Made by a program: the position numbers and the translations under genes. Positions 13,092 through 26,944 of a DNA stretch of 64,000 nucleotides are shown piece after piece (position 1 is the stretch's first letter; each line of letters opens with the position of its first letter). A model generated the notes under the pieces. That model had not been told where the DNA came from, searched no databases, and saw only the letters and a program-made list of their open reading frames with translations. Source of the stretch: Octopus vulgaris (Eukaryota); contig OX597825.1 of NCBI GenBank assembly GCA_951406725.2, positions 24,552,001-24,616,000 of the forward strand. Direction: 5' to 3'.

Positions 13092-13509
13092 AAGGCAGCG
13101 AGCTGGCAGAATCATTAGCACACTGGGCGAAATGCTTAGAGGTATTTTGTCTGCTGTTATGTTCTGATTTCAAATTCTGCCGAGGTCAACTTTGCCTTTC
13201 ATCCTTTCGTGGTCAATAAATTAAGTACCAGTTATGCACTGGAGTTGATGTAATCAACTTAATCCGTTTGTCTGCCCTTGTTTGTCCCCTCTGTGCTTAG
13301 CCCTTTGTGGGTAGTAAAGAAATAGGTATTTTGTCTGCTGTTATGTTCTGAGTTCAAATTCCACTGAGGTCAACTTTGCCTTTCATCCTTTCGGGGTTGA
13401 TTAAATAGGTACCAATTACACACTGGGGTCAATGTAATCGACTTAATCCCTTTGTCTGTCCTTGTTTGTCCCCTCTATGTTTAGCCCCTTGTGGGCAATA
13501 AAGAAATAG
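13092..13509 (+). mobile_element. SINE family B head-to-tail dimer with 15-bp TSD
   Basis: TSD atattccaccaaatt at 13077-13091 and 13510-13524. Confidence 0.9.
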
Positions 13510-13540
13510 ATATTCCACCAAATTTAAATCAACTTCTGTT

Positions 13541-13942
13541 ACTCTTTACTCTTTACTCTTTACTTGTTTCAGTCATTTGACTGCGGCCATGCTGGAGCAC
13601 CACCTTTAATCGAGCAATTCGACCCCGGGACTTATTCTTTTTGTAAGCCCAGTACTTATTCTATCGGCCTCTTTTGCCGAACCGCTAAGTAACGGGGACA
13701 TTGGTTGTCAAGCAATGCTAGGGGGACAAACACAGACACACAAAGAAACACACATACATATATATATATACATATATACGACAGGCTTCTTTCAGTTTCC
13801 GTCTACCAAATCCACTCACAAGGCATTGGTCGGCCCGGGGATATAGCAGAAGACACTTGCCCAAGATGCCACGCAGTGGGACTGAACCCGGAACCATCTG
13901 GTTGGTTAGCAAGCTACTTACCACACAGCCACTCCTGCGCCT
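13541..13942 (-). mobile_element. SINE family A
   Basis: Near full-length copy. Confidence 0.9.
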
Positions 13943-14293
13943 GTTGGTGATACTGATAAAACAAATATCATCCAATATATAACTGGTATTAAGTTTATAC
14001 AACAGGTATTTGTTAGAAAAAATAACACCAACATTTAGGATTTCTTTTTCTTCTTCTTGTCATCCTTCTCTTCCTATTGCTCTTATCCTTATTCATCTTC
14101 TTATCCTCCTCCTCCTCTTTTCCTCTCCTGCACTTCCTTCACTTCTTCCTCCTTCTCATACTTCTCCTACTCCTTTGTATTCCTCTTTTTCTACTTTCAC
14201 TTCTTCTCCTCCTCCTTCTGCTTCTTATCCTCCATCTCCTCCTCCTTCTTTTTCTCATTCTTGTCCTCCACCTCCTTCTTGTTCCTCCCTTAC

Positions 14294-14396
14294 GAGCTGG
14301 AGTCAAGTGAGTGCCATCATTACTTATAGCATATCTTGGACATTCTCTAGACCTGGTCTTAGCCAATCCTTCTCCACCTCTAAACATAGCCAACTT
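14294..14396 (-). CDS. Candidate 103-nt exon
   Basis: Polypyrimidine tract then aag/aag acceptor; donor gtaagg; KLAMFRGGEGLAKTRSRECPRYAISNDGTHLTPA; unique sequence amid repeats. Confidence 0.3.
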
Positions 14397-14896
14397 CTTT
14401 TAGAGAGAGTGAGAAAGAAAGAAGCAAAGACAGAAAAATCAACCTGAGTCCTAGATTGGTACTTTATTTATCAACCCTGAAAAAGTAAACAACAAACTTA
14501 CTTTGGATGGGATTTGAACTCAGAATGCAGGGATCCATAAAAACACCATAAGGCACTCTGTTCAACACATTCTTGACCGTGCCAGTGCAACACTATCAAA
14601 TTCTTAGGTGCTAAGGGAAGAATTCTCAGAAAAAATTTAGACAAAAATTCTTCCTGGTATTTTTAGCATTTTTCATTTTATTTTCTGTTACATGTTTCAG
14701 TCATTGGACTATGGCCTTGCTGGGGCACCACCTTGAAGGGTTTAGTCACACAAATCCCCCAAAGAACTTCCAGTACTTAGTTTCCCTTAAAGTCTGGTGA
14801 TACTTATTTTATTAGTCTCTTTGAATCACAAAGTTACAAGGACGTAAACAAACCAACACTGGCTGTCAAATAGGAGTGGTGAAGACAAACACGAAG

Positions 14897-14929
<33 letters not shown>

Positions 14930-14949
14930 AAGTTGGACTTCATTTCGAA

Positions 14950-15300
14950 TCCTGAAATACAACATGGCTACTACATAAACTCACTGCAACATACTCTTAT
15001 CACAAGACGTCCAAGGTGGCTTGGCCATACACACTGTCAGCCTCTGGGGGAATTCATTCACAAGGCTCTTCTCCCAGGCTGGTGCAAACAAGCTGGAGGG
15101 CAACTGAAGATGTACTGGTGACAGTAAAGGTGGATGTAGAAGCACAATCGGGGCCCTTGCATCTATGGTCTTCAGCAGTGGAACTGGATAGAGTATCCAT
15201 TGCAATCTTGACTTTGGCTGGCCATCAAATTTGTGATCAGCATTCCTGAGCAACATGGTGAACCTGTTGGTCAGAGCTGGCTCAACCCAGTCCAGCTGAA
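14950..15300 (+). mobile_element. RTE-clade LINE C-terminal remnant
   Basis: RRPRWLGH...WCKQAGGQLK..TVKVDVE..GP..IYGLQQWN, with frameshifts. Confidence 0.7.
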
Positions 15301-15760
15301 TGCCACCACAACTACAAATGAATACAAGTTGGCTGCTGTTAGATTTGAACTCAGAATACAAAAAGTCAGAACAAATACCATTTCCTTCAATCCACTCTCC
15401 TTAAACTTGTACATTCTTCAGCAACCTTCAGAAGAAGAAGAGGCAAAGTTGATTAAATTACAGTTCAATGAAGTAATTAACTCTCCGAGTGTTGAGTGCT
15501 TTTTTTTTGTTTTTTCTTAAATGAAATCTTAGCTAGACACTTAAAAAAAGGCCAATAAATTTTAATTAATTAAAGATGCACAAGTAGGAGAAGAAAGAAT
15601 TATTAGCTTAATGAGCAGTTTTGGTAAAACAAGGCTGAAAGATATAGTCCTGAAATTCTAATTAATTAAAGTCAGTTAAAACCAATTAAAAATAAAATGT
15701 GGATAATATAATGAGAAGAAAGTTAAAATTTGATCTCAGTAGTACAGTGATGCTTGGACA

Positions 15761-15803
15761 ACTTTGTACATGTTTCAATCTTGTTAGACCTCTTCAGCTA
15801 AAT
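15761..15803 (-). ncRNA. Minimal type-I hammerhead ribozyme
   Basis: Minus strand atttag CTGAAGA ggtc taacaa gatt GAAA catg TA caaagt; palindromic stem III ACATGT; stem I has one mismatch. Confidence 0.65.
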
Positions 15804-16842
15804 ATAATCTTTATCAGTACTGCCATGTATGACTTGGCTTCAGAGAGTTTGGTTCAGTAAATGAATGTTTTGTTGCCACGTGGACAACCTACGTTTGATT
15901 TTTAGTCAATGCAATTATGGTTTTTAATGGTGGTGCCCCAGCATGACCACAGCCCCTGAATGAAACCAGTGATGATGATAATGATGATGATGATGACGAT
16001 GACGATGATGATGACGATGATGATGAGGATGAAACACTGCGTGATGTGTTATCTTGAAATAAGGAGCGGAGGGATTAAAACACGATCCAGGGAGCTGCTC
16101 TGCAAGGAAACTAAATAGCTAAGTCCATGCCCTTATTCCTAACAAAGGGAACCAAGATTATATCTGAGGTGACAAGAGAGAGAGAGAGAAGCATAATCTT
16201 AATGACCAATTCTACTGAAAGCATTTTGGCCCTTTTTTTAGATTTTGTACCAATTAATCAAGGAAGAAGAGATAGTACTCATGAATCCCCTTTTTGTTTT
16301 CCTAGGGGGCCCCACTGCCTAGATTGGTGGGAGCAAAGGAGGCAGTTATCTTCAATCTGGAGACTTAGTCTAAATTTTGGTGATGGAGATGTGGGGGGTT
16401 GTGGTGATGGTGAGGAGTTCTGGTGGTGTGGGTTGTGATAGTGGTGGTGGAGGTACTGCTGCGGATAGTAATGATGATGCCGTCAACAACCATGATATGA
16501 TGATGAGGGTGAGGTGAAGGAGGAGAAAGATTACAACAACAACAACAACAATGACAATGATGACGATGATGGTGATGATGACGATGATGATGATGAGGAT
16601 GATGACAGCAATGGCTGTGATGAGTCCTAAGTAGGATAAAAGCTACTCACAAATCCTCTCCTGTTTCAACACTGTTTGTTGGTCAATATTTCTGATGACC
16701 AATCATTTTGAGACACAAGCTATATTTAGAAACATGGCTATACACTGCCATGTAGTATTAGTAGTGGTGGTGGTGGTGGTGGTGGCAGTGGCGGCGGGCC
16801 GTGCTGGTGGTGACAACAGCAGTGGTAGCCACAGCAGCAGTG

Positions 16843-16904
<62 letters not shown>

Positions 16905-17384
16905 GGTGGTGGTGGTGGTGGTGGTGGTGGTGGTAGTGGTGGTGGTGGTGGTGGTGGTGGTGGTGGTGGTGGTGGTGGTGGTGGTGGTGGTGGTGGTGGT
17001 GGTGGTGGTGGTGGTAGTGGCAGCGGCGGTAGTAGTAGCAGCAGTAGTGGTGGTGGTGTTGGTAGTGGTGGTACTAGTAGTAGTAGTAGTAGTTGTAGTA
17101 GTAGTAGCAGCAGCAGCTTTGTTATTCCAGGGTGGTGATGGTGGTGGTGGTGGTGGTGGGTGGTGGTGGTGGTGGTGGTGGTGGTGGGGCGTGGTGTAAG
17201 TCTTTGTCCCAACCTCATCAATTATGTCAGATTCACTTTTTATTAATGTATTCATTAGTTAATTAATTAATTAATTAATTAATTTGTTTATCTATTGTTT
17301 GTTTGTTTTTTTGTTAACAATTTGATCATCTAGTCAAGACTGATTGGGCTTGTACAGTCATTTTCTCAATTGCCCCATATGTAA

Positions 17385-17960
17385 AGGCTTGTGGCTCAGT
17401 GGTTAGGGGTGTTCGGCTACCAATCATATGATCATGAGTTCAATTCCTGGTGATGCGGTACATTATGTCCTTGAGCAAGACACTTTATGTTGCTCCAGTC
17501 CACCCAGCTGGCAAAAATAAGTTGCACCTGTATTTCAAAGGGTCAGCCTTGTCATATTCTGTGTCATGGTGAATCTTTCAGAGAACTACGTTAAGGGTAC
17601 ATGTAATTCTTTACTACCCACAAGGGGCTAAACATAGAGGGGACAAACAAGGACAGACAAAGGGATTAAGTCGATTACATCGACCCCAGTGCGAAACTGG
17701 TACTTTATTTATAGACCCCGAAAAGATGAAAGGCAAAGTCAACCTCGGCGGAGGTTGACAGACGAAATATCACTAAGCATTTTGTCTGGCGCGCTAACGT
17801 TTCTGCCAGCTCACCGCCTTGTAAGGGTACATGTGTCTGTGGAGTACTCAACCACATGTGTGTTAAGTGTTAATTTCATGAGCAGGGTGTTTTGTTGGTC
17901 AGATCAGCTGGATCACTCTTCATCCTAGCTGATGGAGAGCTGGTCAATCACCCTGTCCAT
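17385..17960 (+). mobile_element. Family-D-like tRNA SINE interrupted by a minus-strand family B SINE (~17627-17820)
   Basis: A box tggctcagtgg; ttgagcaagacac; taagggtacatgt duplicated around the insert. Confidence 0.75.
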
Positions 17961-18034
17961 CGTTATTCTGTTTTGTGTTCAGGAGGGCAACAAAAGCAAC
18001 ATCCTGTGTTTGCACAGAGATGGTTAATGAACAC

Positions 18035-18257
18035 TCTCTTTACTTGTTTCAGTCATTTGACTGCGGCCATGCTGGAGCACCGCCTTTAGTCGAGCAAATC
18101 AACCCCAGGACTTATTCTTTGTAAGCCCAGTACTTATTCTATCGGTCTCTTTTGCCTAACCGCTAAGTGACTGGAACGTAAACACACTAGCATCGGTTGT
18201 CAAGCAATGCAAGGGAGACAAACACAGACACACAAACACACACACATACACACACAC

Positions 18258-18312
<55 letters not shown>

Positions 18313-18474
18313 GACAGGCTTCTTTCAGTTTCCGTCTACCAAATCCACTCACAAGGCATTGGTCGGCCCGAGGCTATAGCAGAAGACACTTGCCCAAGAT
18401 GCCACGCAGTGGGACTGAACCCGGAACCATGTGGTTGGTTAGCAAGCTACTTACCACACAGCCACTCCTGCGCC
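18035..18474 (-). mobile_element. SINE family A
   Basis: Full-length copy. Confidence 0.9.
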
Positions 18475-18581
18475 TTTCTTTTATCTTTTACTGTTTCAGT
18501 CATTAGACTGTGGCCATGCTGGGGTACAATCTTGAAGAATTTTAGTCAAATAAATTGACCCCAGTACTTATTTTTTAAGCC

Positions 18582-18882
18582 ATCATTTGTGCTGAAAACA
18601 GTGTCACACATGACTACATTGATGAGAGAATGGTTAGAAGTGCCACTGCAAGAATCTGAAGAGCTCCAAAAATTTTGAGAATGCAATTTCTGCATCTTTA
18701 ATGTTCACAGCCTCAATGCGTGTGCGCACGTGTGTGTGTGTGTGTGTCTGTGTGTGTCTGTTTGGCTGTGAGTCCGTGTGTTTGTGTCTGTGTATATGTC
18801 TCTGTGTGTGTGTGTGTATCTGTGTGTGTGCCTGTGTGTGTTTATATGAGTGTGTGTCTGTGTGTCTTTGCGTGTGTTCCTC

Positions 18883-18916
<34 letters not shown>

Positions 18917-20005
18917 TGTGTGTGTGTGCGTGCGCACGCGTGTGTGTGTGTGTGCATGTTTATTCATGATTACTTGCACTTTCATGTTCAATTTCTTCAA
19001 AATCATCTCAAAAAGTTTAATGGATTTTTGTTTCCAATTAAAATTGGATTGGAAGTCATCTAACTGCATTTTTATATCTCTTAATTCCAACCATTCAAAC
19101 ACTTCTAATTTCAGGCCTACAGAATCTGTTCTAATAAATATTCTTTCATATTTCTCCAAGTCTCTGAAGTGCTCCAATCTAGAAGAAAACTGCTTAGGCA
19201 TGGTCTTTAGAGATTCTTTAACCTGCTCCACTTGTTCACGATTTTTACAGATGGTTTCTTCAAAAACCCTCTCACCCCTTGGGAAGTACTTGAAACTTTA
19301 TTTTCTAAATCCTGTTGAAATATGTTTTGAGTTTTCTCTCAAAATTTTAGATCAAACCATACATTACATTAATCAGTTTTCCAAACATTTTGTAAATTAA
19401 TGTCAAAATCATTTAGATGGACAAAATTCTCCAGCATGCAAGTCGAATTTTTCACTCTTTTACTCTTTTACTCTTTTACTTGTTTCAGTCATTTGACTGT
19501 GGCCATGCTGGAGCACCGCCTTTAATCGAGCAACTCGACCCCGGCACTTATTCTTTGTAAGCCCAGTACTTATTCTATCGGTCTGTTTTGCTGAACCACT
19601 AAGTGACGGGGACATAAACACACCAGCATCGGTTGTCAAGCGATGTTGGGGGGACAAACACAGATACACAAACATATACACATACACATACATATACACA
19701 CATATATACGACGGGCTTCTTTCAGTTTCCGTCTACCAAATCCACTCACAAGGCTTTGGTTGGACCGAGGCTATAGTAGAAGACACTTGCCCATGGTGCC
19801 ACGCAGTGGGACTGAACCCAGAACCATGTGGTTGGTAAACAAGCTACTTACCACACAGCCACTCCTAAAAAATGTAGGCTGGCATAATTATATAGACAAC
19901 TTTGAAGGACTGAAAATCTCATGTGAAATGCAGCAAGAATTAGAAATATGGTGATGATGCTTAAATGTTTACTCTGCATGTTTACGTTATACACTACCAG
20001 CCCCA
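18582..20005 (-). mobile_element. hAT transposase remnant (GTF2IRD2/EPM2AIP1/SPIN-like), interrupted by a (CA)n tract and a SINE A (19455-19866)
   Basis: HLNDFDINLQ..NFERKLK..FKYFP; QFSSRLEHFRDLE; VALLTILSSM*SCVTLFSA (cf. hAT dimerisation motif STYxCExLFS). Confidence 0.75.
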
Positions 20006-20460
20006 GCCCATTCAAAGTACCTTGGATCATAGGACGACCTGCTGTGCTTATCTTGGATCATAGGGTGACCTGTTGTGCTTGAGGAGACCTATTGAGTCAA
20101 GTACATCAACATTAAAATAAAAATCAAATGGAAATTGTAGTTGCGATACACGTGCAGGTGGCACGTAAAAAGCACCATCTGAACATGGCTGATGCCAGCA
20201 CTGCCTTGACTGGCTTCCATGCCAGTAGCATGTAAAAAGCACCAACTGATCGTGGCCATTACCAGCCTCCTCTGGCCCCTGTGCCGGTGGCATGTAAAAA
20301 GCACCCACTACACTTACAGAGTGGTTGGCATTAGGAAGGGCATCCAGCCGTAGAAACACTACCAGATCAGACTGGAGCCTGGTGCAGCCTCCTGGCTTCC
20401 CAGACCCCGGTTGAACCGTCCAACCCATACTAGCATGGAAAACGGACGTTAAACGATGAT
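20005..20460 (+). mobile_element. RTE 3'UTR-type repeat (family C) with (GAT)n tail
   Basis: Three ggca(c/t)gtaaaaagcacc-type units, then aggaagggcatccagccgtagaaac. Confidence 0.8.
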
Positions 20461-21211
20461 GATGATGAGGAGGATGATGATGATGCTACATGGATTTGTA
20501 TGCCAGGAAATACAGTAATGAAACAACTGTGGGAAACATAAGCATAACATGCTAAGCAAAATTATTTAGCTGAAAAATATCATACTTCATGCTTTTCATA
20601 TCTAAAGATAGGGCAACAGGGAACCCTCCAACCCTCCTCATCCAGATGAACTGGTTGAGGTTGCTGGTTTATTTGCCAACAGCCCAACCATGACTGGGGG
20701 TCGGGTACAGATTGCATGGTTATTGTAACAGCCTTAGCTGATCAGGGTTCAAACAAACATCTAAAGATAATCTGATATCCATTTAAGCCTTCAGAAAGAA
20801 ATCATTCAAGTACTTGACCACAACTCGACCACCAACCATTATTGGACATTAGAATGGATTGTCAACCGGCTTGACTTCATTCAAAAGTAAATTAAATTCT
20901 CGTTATGCAAAGCTGTGACAGCCATCAAATTAATAAGCTTTATCACACAACTCCCATCACATCATTAAAGTCTCTGATGCCTACTTTCACACACAATGCT
21001 TCCTGATGTATAACACAAGGCAAATAAACTATGGGATTACCAACGGATTCTGTGAATTACTTGACTAAGTGACTTTTAATTCATTGGTTTTAATGTGAGG
21101 AATGACATCATTAGACAAAACTAAAAAGTAAAAATTCTGAGATTTTGTTTTCAAGTTTTAGGATTTTGTGTCAAATTTAGAAAGCTTTCTTTATTTTCAT
21201 AACATGATTAT

Positions 21212-22145
21212 TCTTTTACTCTTTTACTTGTTTCAGTCATTTGGCTGTGGCCATGTAAGAGCACCGCCTTTAGTCAAGCAAATCAACCCCAGGACTTATT
21301 CTTTGTAAGCCTAGTACTTATTCTATTGGTCTCTTTTGCCAAACCGCTAACTTACGGGGACATAAGCATACCAGCATCAGTTATCACGTGATGTTGGGAG
21401 GACAAACACACACACACACACACACATACATATATACAACTGGCTTCTTTCAGTTTCCATCTACCAAATCCACTCACAAGGCTTTGGTCAACCCAAGGCT
21501 ATAGTAGAAGACACTTGCCCAAGGTGCCACACAGTGGGACTGAACCTGGAACAAGATGAGTTTTTTTAAAAATCCATTATGTGTGACCTAAATGGCTGTA
21601 GCATATCACTGCTGACCCATAGGACAAAGGTTTTTCATCACTGATCTAGAATCATTGATATATCTTTTATCTTTCACTTGTTTCAGTCATCTGACTGCAG
21701 CCATGCTGGAGCACCACTTTGAAGGGTTTCAGTCAAACAAATCGACCTCAGGACTTATTTTATATTTAAGCCTGTTTCTTATTCTATCAGTCTAGGTTTT
21801 ATATCAGTGTTAGGTTTTATAGAGAAGGCAAATAGTTGCCCATGTAGCAAGTCTCCTCATTCCATGCCTTTGATGTTGTCCTGGGGAAAAGGTAAGGACA
21901 GACACAGCTTGGAGAGTAGAATTTCTACTGTTTAAGACAACTTTGTACAGTTTCCATCTACTAAATCCACTCATCAGATATTTATTTGTTCAGGGCTATA
22001 GTATATGACACTTGCCCAAGGTGCCAGGCAGTGGGACTGAACCTGAAACTTCAGCTTCTGTACAGTTTCTCTGTCAACCAAATTCACTCACAGACCATTG
22101 ATCAACCCAGTACTATAGCAGAAGACATTGTGTAATGGAATCAAA
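21212..22145 (-). mobile_element. Cluster of family A SINEs and fragments
   Basis: Repeated cagtttcc(g/a)tctac-aaatccactca segments. Confidence 0.75.
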
Positions 22146-22543
22146 CTTGGAAACACAATGCCACAAAACAACCTTCATAATGACTCTGCTTTGCCAGCAC
22201 AGGAATAATTCCAACATAACTGAAATCCTTTCTACTATAGGCACAAGGCCTGAAATTGTTGGGAAGGGGACTAGTTGATTACACCAGCCCTAGTACTGAA
22301 CTCGTACTTATTTATCAATCCCAAAATGGTGAAAGTCAAAGCTGACCTCAGCAGAGTTTGAACTCAGGACATAGAGAGTCAGAAGAAATGTTGCTAAGTA
22401 TTTTGTCTGACACATTAACAATTCCTCCCACTCACTGCCTTTATATAAAACTAAAATTAAATCCAGAATTTTCATTTTCTTTTTAAAATATTACCCTTTG
22501 CTTTCACAAGAAGAAAAAATCTTATTTATCTAATTAAAAATAA

Positions 22544-22972
22544 TCCTTTCTACTTTAGGCACAAGGCCTGAAATTTTAGGGGAGGGGGTAAGTCAATCAC
22601 ATCGACCTCAGTACTTGACTGGTACTTAATTTATCAACCCCAAAAGGATGAAAGGCAAAGTTGACCTCAGTGGAATTTGAACTCACAACGTAGCAGCAGA
22701 CGAAATACCTATTTCTTTACTACCCACAAGGGGCTAAGCACAGAGAGGACAAACAAGGACAGACAAAGGGATCAAGTCGATTATATCGACCCCAGTGCAT
22801 AACTGGTACTTATTTAATCAACCCCAGTGCATAACTGGTACTTATTTAATCAACCCCGAAAGGATGAAAGGCAAAGTTGACCTCGGTGGAATTTGAACTC
22901 AGAACATAGCAGCAGACAAAATACCGCTAAGCACTTCACCCATCATACTAACGATTCTGTCAGCTTGCAGTC
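22544..22972 (-). mobile_element. SINE family B heterodimer with 19-bp TSD
   Basis: TSD tttatctaattaaaaataa at 22525-22543 and 22973-22991; the two monomers have different tails. Confidence 0.9.
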
Positions 22973-23058
22973 TTTATCTAATTAAAAATAACACACAGCT
23001 AATTGCTACAGAAAAAATTAGAGTAAACAAAAACGATTTACTTTAAGTGAAAGGTTAC

Positions 23059-23119
23059 CACTTGTTGAACTTCAGAATATTTACATGAACATATGAGTGA
23101 TAATTTCCAATGAGATTCA
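23059..23119 (-). CDS. Candidate 61-nt exon
   Basis: Strong acceptor ttttttttctttgcaacag; donor gtaacc; reads ESHWKLSLICSCKYSEVQQV or NLIGNYHSYVHVNILKFNK. Confidence 0.35.
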
Positions 23120-23345
23120 CTGTTGCAAAGAAAAAAAAAAGAAAAAATACCTTTTTATAAACGTGTCAAAACTTATTAGCTAAATGAGTTTCAAGAAGAA
23201 TGTTTCGAAAGTTCTCATTGACCTCATAAATAAATAAATTCACGCGAGACAAACAAATCAGAAGAGAAGCTAAAAATATTGAAAACAAAGAAAAAACAAT
23301 ACTCTCAACATTACAAAATGCAACTGCAAAAAACCAGCAGAGTAA

Positions 23346-23417
<72 letters not shown>

Positions 23418-23418
<1 letters not shown>

Positions 23419-25518
23419 GGGTGAAGAGAAAGGGAATCAATGTTGTGATTGAGGAATTAAAACAGGTTGAAAGCTAAGTCACATAAACTAAAGAGATATG
23501 AACAGAGAATTGAGCAGTACAGATAAAACAGACTTTTTCAAACAAAATCAGAAACAAATCTATCAGGAACTGGATGGGAAAGAAAAAGGTGAAAGAGCCG
23601 TGCCAGGTGCTGAAGAAAGTAAAAAATTCTGGTCAAACATATGGTCTCAGGTGAAACAGCACGAAATTGAAGTACAGTTATTAAAGACACTCAAAGGAGA
23701 GAGTGGAGAGTATCAGCAGGAGGAACTGAGAATAACCGAGAGGATGATTAGAGATCAGTGCAGGAAAATTCCTAACTGGAAAGCACCTGGCCCAGATGGG
23801 GTTTTGGGTCAAAAACTTGACAGCTCTGCACAGGAGAATTACAAGACAGTTAGATGAAATACTGAATACTAACCCGGAACCATGTGGTTGGTTAGCAAGC
23901 TACTTACCACACAGCCACTCCTGCGCCTTTCTTTTATCTTTTACTGTTTGACAAAAGGAATATCAGTACTATGCCAGAAGGACCCAAGTAAAGGGAATGC
24001 AGTTGGAAATTTCTGACCAATATTTTGTTTGCCACTGATGGGTAAACTGATGATGGGTAACATATCAAACAGCATCTATAAGTATCTAAATGAGAATGAT
24101 CTGCTACCAGTGGAACAAAAAGAGTGTTGACATAAGAGCAGAGGAATGAAGGATCAATTACTAATCGATAAGTCTATCATGGCTGATTGCAAGATGAGAC
24201 ATAAAAATTTGGTGATGGCATGGGTGAACTACGGGAAAGCATATGACATGGTCCCACACTCATGGATTATTGAATGCCTTAAACTGCTTAAGGTCTCCCA
24301 CAATATCCTGAAGTTAATACAAAACTCAATGACAACATGGCAAACTGAACTCACAGCATGGGGAGATAAGCTTGAAGAGATAAATATCAAAATAGGAATC
24401 TTTCCAGGGAACAGTCTGTCACCTCTCCTATTTGTTGTCTGTATACTGCTACTAACGAGCATTTTAAGAAAGATGCGTGTGGGGTACATGCTAGACAGGG
24501 TGAAAGTAAACAACCTGTGGTTTATGGGTGACCTAAAGCTATTCGCCAAGATTGAGAAAGAAATTGAGAGTTTGATGGCAACTGTGCAGATGATTAGCAA
24601 AGATATTGGCAGGGAATTTGGGATCGAGAAACGTGGTGTAATGATTTTCAAAAGGGGGAAAATCAGTAAAAGCCAAGGGATCAAGCTGGAAAGTGGTGAA
24701 ACTATAATGAAGTCGGAGAGGAAGGATGTAAGTACCTGGGTGTGATTGAAAGAGATAAGATGAATGAACACAAGATGAAAGAAATGTACAAGAAAGAGTA
24801 TTTAAGGAGAACATGGTTTGTACTCCGATCGAAGCTAAATGGCCGCTATAAGATTAGAGCAATTAATATGTGGGTGGTTGCTTTGATGAGATATGGAGCA
24901 GGAATAGTATCTTGGAAGAAGAATGAATTACAAGAGATAGACCGGAAAACACGTAAATTAATGACAATGAACAAGAAACTACACCCCAAGATGATGGTTC
25001 AAGATTGTATGTAAAGAGGAAAGAAGGGGGATGGGGATTGGTGTGTTGTGAAGGTTGTGTAAGAGAAGAGAATAGCCTGGCTTGGTATGTCAAAGGAAGT
25101 AAAGAAGAAATGTTTGAAGCAGTGAAAATGCAGAGAACCTTAAAAGGGAACAAAGCTGTAGATCCAATAAAATTTAAGAAAGACCAGAGAGAGCAGATGA
25201 AGAAAATTTGGCAGGACAAGAAAGCGCACAGTCAGTTCTTGAAGAATAAAGACGAGATTGATTGGAACAGAACCTGGAAATAGTCCACTGTGGCATTAGT
25301 GTGCAGCGCTCAAGAACAAGCTCTCAGAACAAATTACTCTAAATATCACATTGATAAAAGCACTGACTTGCCACAGCGTAGGGTGTGCTCTGAGAAGAGA
25401 GAAAGTATAAGCTATATTGTTAGTGTGTGCTGTAAGCTGACACAACATGAATATAACAGGAGACATGACAAAGTGGTCAGATATGTCCACTGGCTGTTGA
25501 CCAGTAAAGCAAACCTTG
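23418..25518 (+). mobile_element. R4/Dong-clade non-LTR retrotransposon, decayed RT region, inserted in (TAA)n
   Basis: [52 protein letters not shown]-like, degenerate CCHC and RRHD; many stops and frameshifts. Confidence 0.92.
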
Positions 25519-25535
25519 CTATTATTGTTATGATT

Positions 25536-25578
<43 letters not shown>

Positions 25579-25694
25579 CAATAATAACGATGATGATAAT
25601 AATAATAATAAGGATGATCATGATGATGAGGATGATGATGATGATAATGATGATGATAATGATGATGATGATAATAATAATAACAATAATAATA

Positions 25695-25753
<59 letters not shown>

Positions 25754-25809
25754 CATTATTATTATTATTATTATTATTATTGTCATTATTATTATTATTA
25801 TTATTATTA

Positions 25810-25870
<61 letters not shown>

Positions 25871-25871
25871 G

Positions 25872-26118
25872 AAATCCACTTGGATAGTTCTTAATTACCG
25901 CTTCAGGATACAACAAATCACCAAAGGTTTCAAGTAGTGCCTTCTTCTGTGACTCAAAGAGACAATACTCTCTTTACAATGCAAGCTGTACCCAACAGTG
26001 CTGTCTTCTGGATCACCTCGAGCCTGACAGCAGCTCCAATATTCTTAATGTTTTTCAAAGCCCTTGGAAACTCCTCCTAATGCTCCAATTACCATTGATG
26101 TCACCATTACTTTCCATC
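25872..26118 (-). mobile_element. R4/Dong extreme C-terminus plus 3'UTR, in opposite orientation
   Basis: WKVMVTSMVIGALGGVSK..IGAAVRLEVIQKTALLGTACIVKRVLSL*, then a (TAA)n tail on the minus strand. Confidence 0.8.
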
Positions 26119-26205
26119 GACCCCCCCCCCCCCAGTGTTCAACTGGTACTTATTTTATCAACCCCAAAAGAATGAAAGGCAATGTTGGCTTTAAAACCTT
26201 AAAAC

Positions 26206-26256
<51 letters not shown>

Positions 26257-26302
26257 GGTGGTGGTGGTGGTGGTGCTGCTGCTGCTGCTGCTGCCACCAC
26301 CT

Positions 26303-26342
<40 letters not shown>

Positions 26343-26343
26343 A

Positions 26344-26379
<36 letters not shown>

Positions 26380-26830
26380 GCTACTAATACTGCTGCTGCT
26401 ACTACTACTTCTGCATCTGCAGCAGCAGCAGAAACAACCACGAATGATTTATAAACTAGCAAAAAAAAAAGATAAAAAAGAATCCCAAACACAACTGCAA
26501 CAACAACAACAACAACAAAAACAACAACAACAACAGCAACAATATAAATATTGTGACAGAACACAAGACCACAGTAACACACCAAAAACACCAAGAATCG
26601 AGTTAAACGGAACGAAAGAGAGAGAGAGAGAGGGGCGGGAGAGAGAAGGGTGAAGAATTTGTTTTTCTTTTCCTGTAACAGGAAATAAAAATGATAAAAC
26701 AGAAAAGGATATTGGAATTGGTGTATTAATTGGAAAACTGAAGTGTTGGTTTGTTTTGCTGTCAGGAAGAGCAGAATCATCATCAGCATCATGGTTGTCG
26801 TCATCATCATCATCATCATCGTCATCATTG

Positions 26831-26865
<35 letters not shown>

Positions 26866-26881
26866 GTCGTCATCATCATTG

Positions 26882-26944
<63 letters not shown>

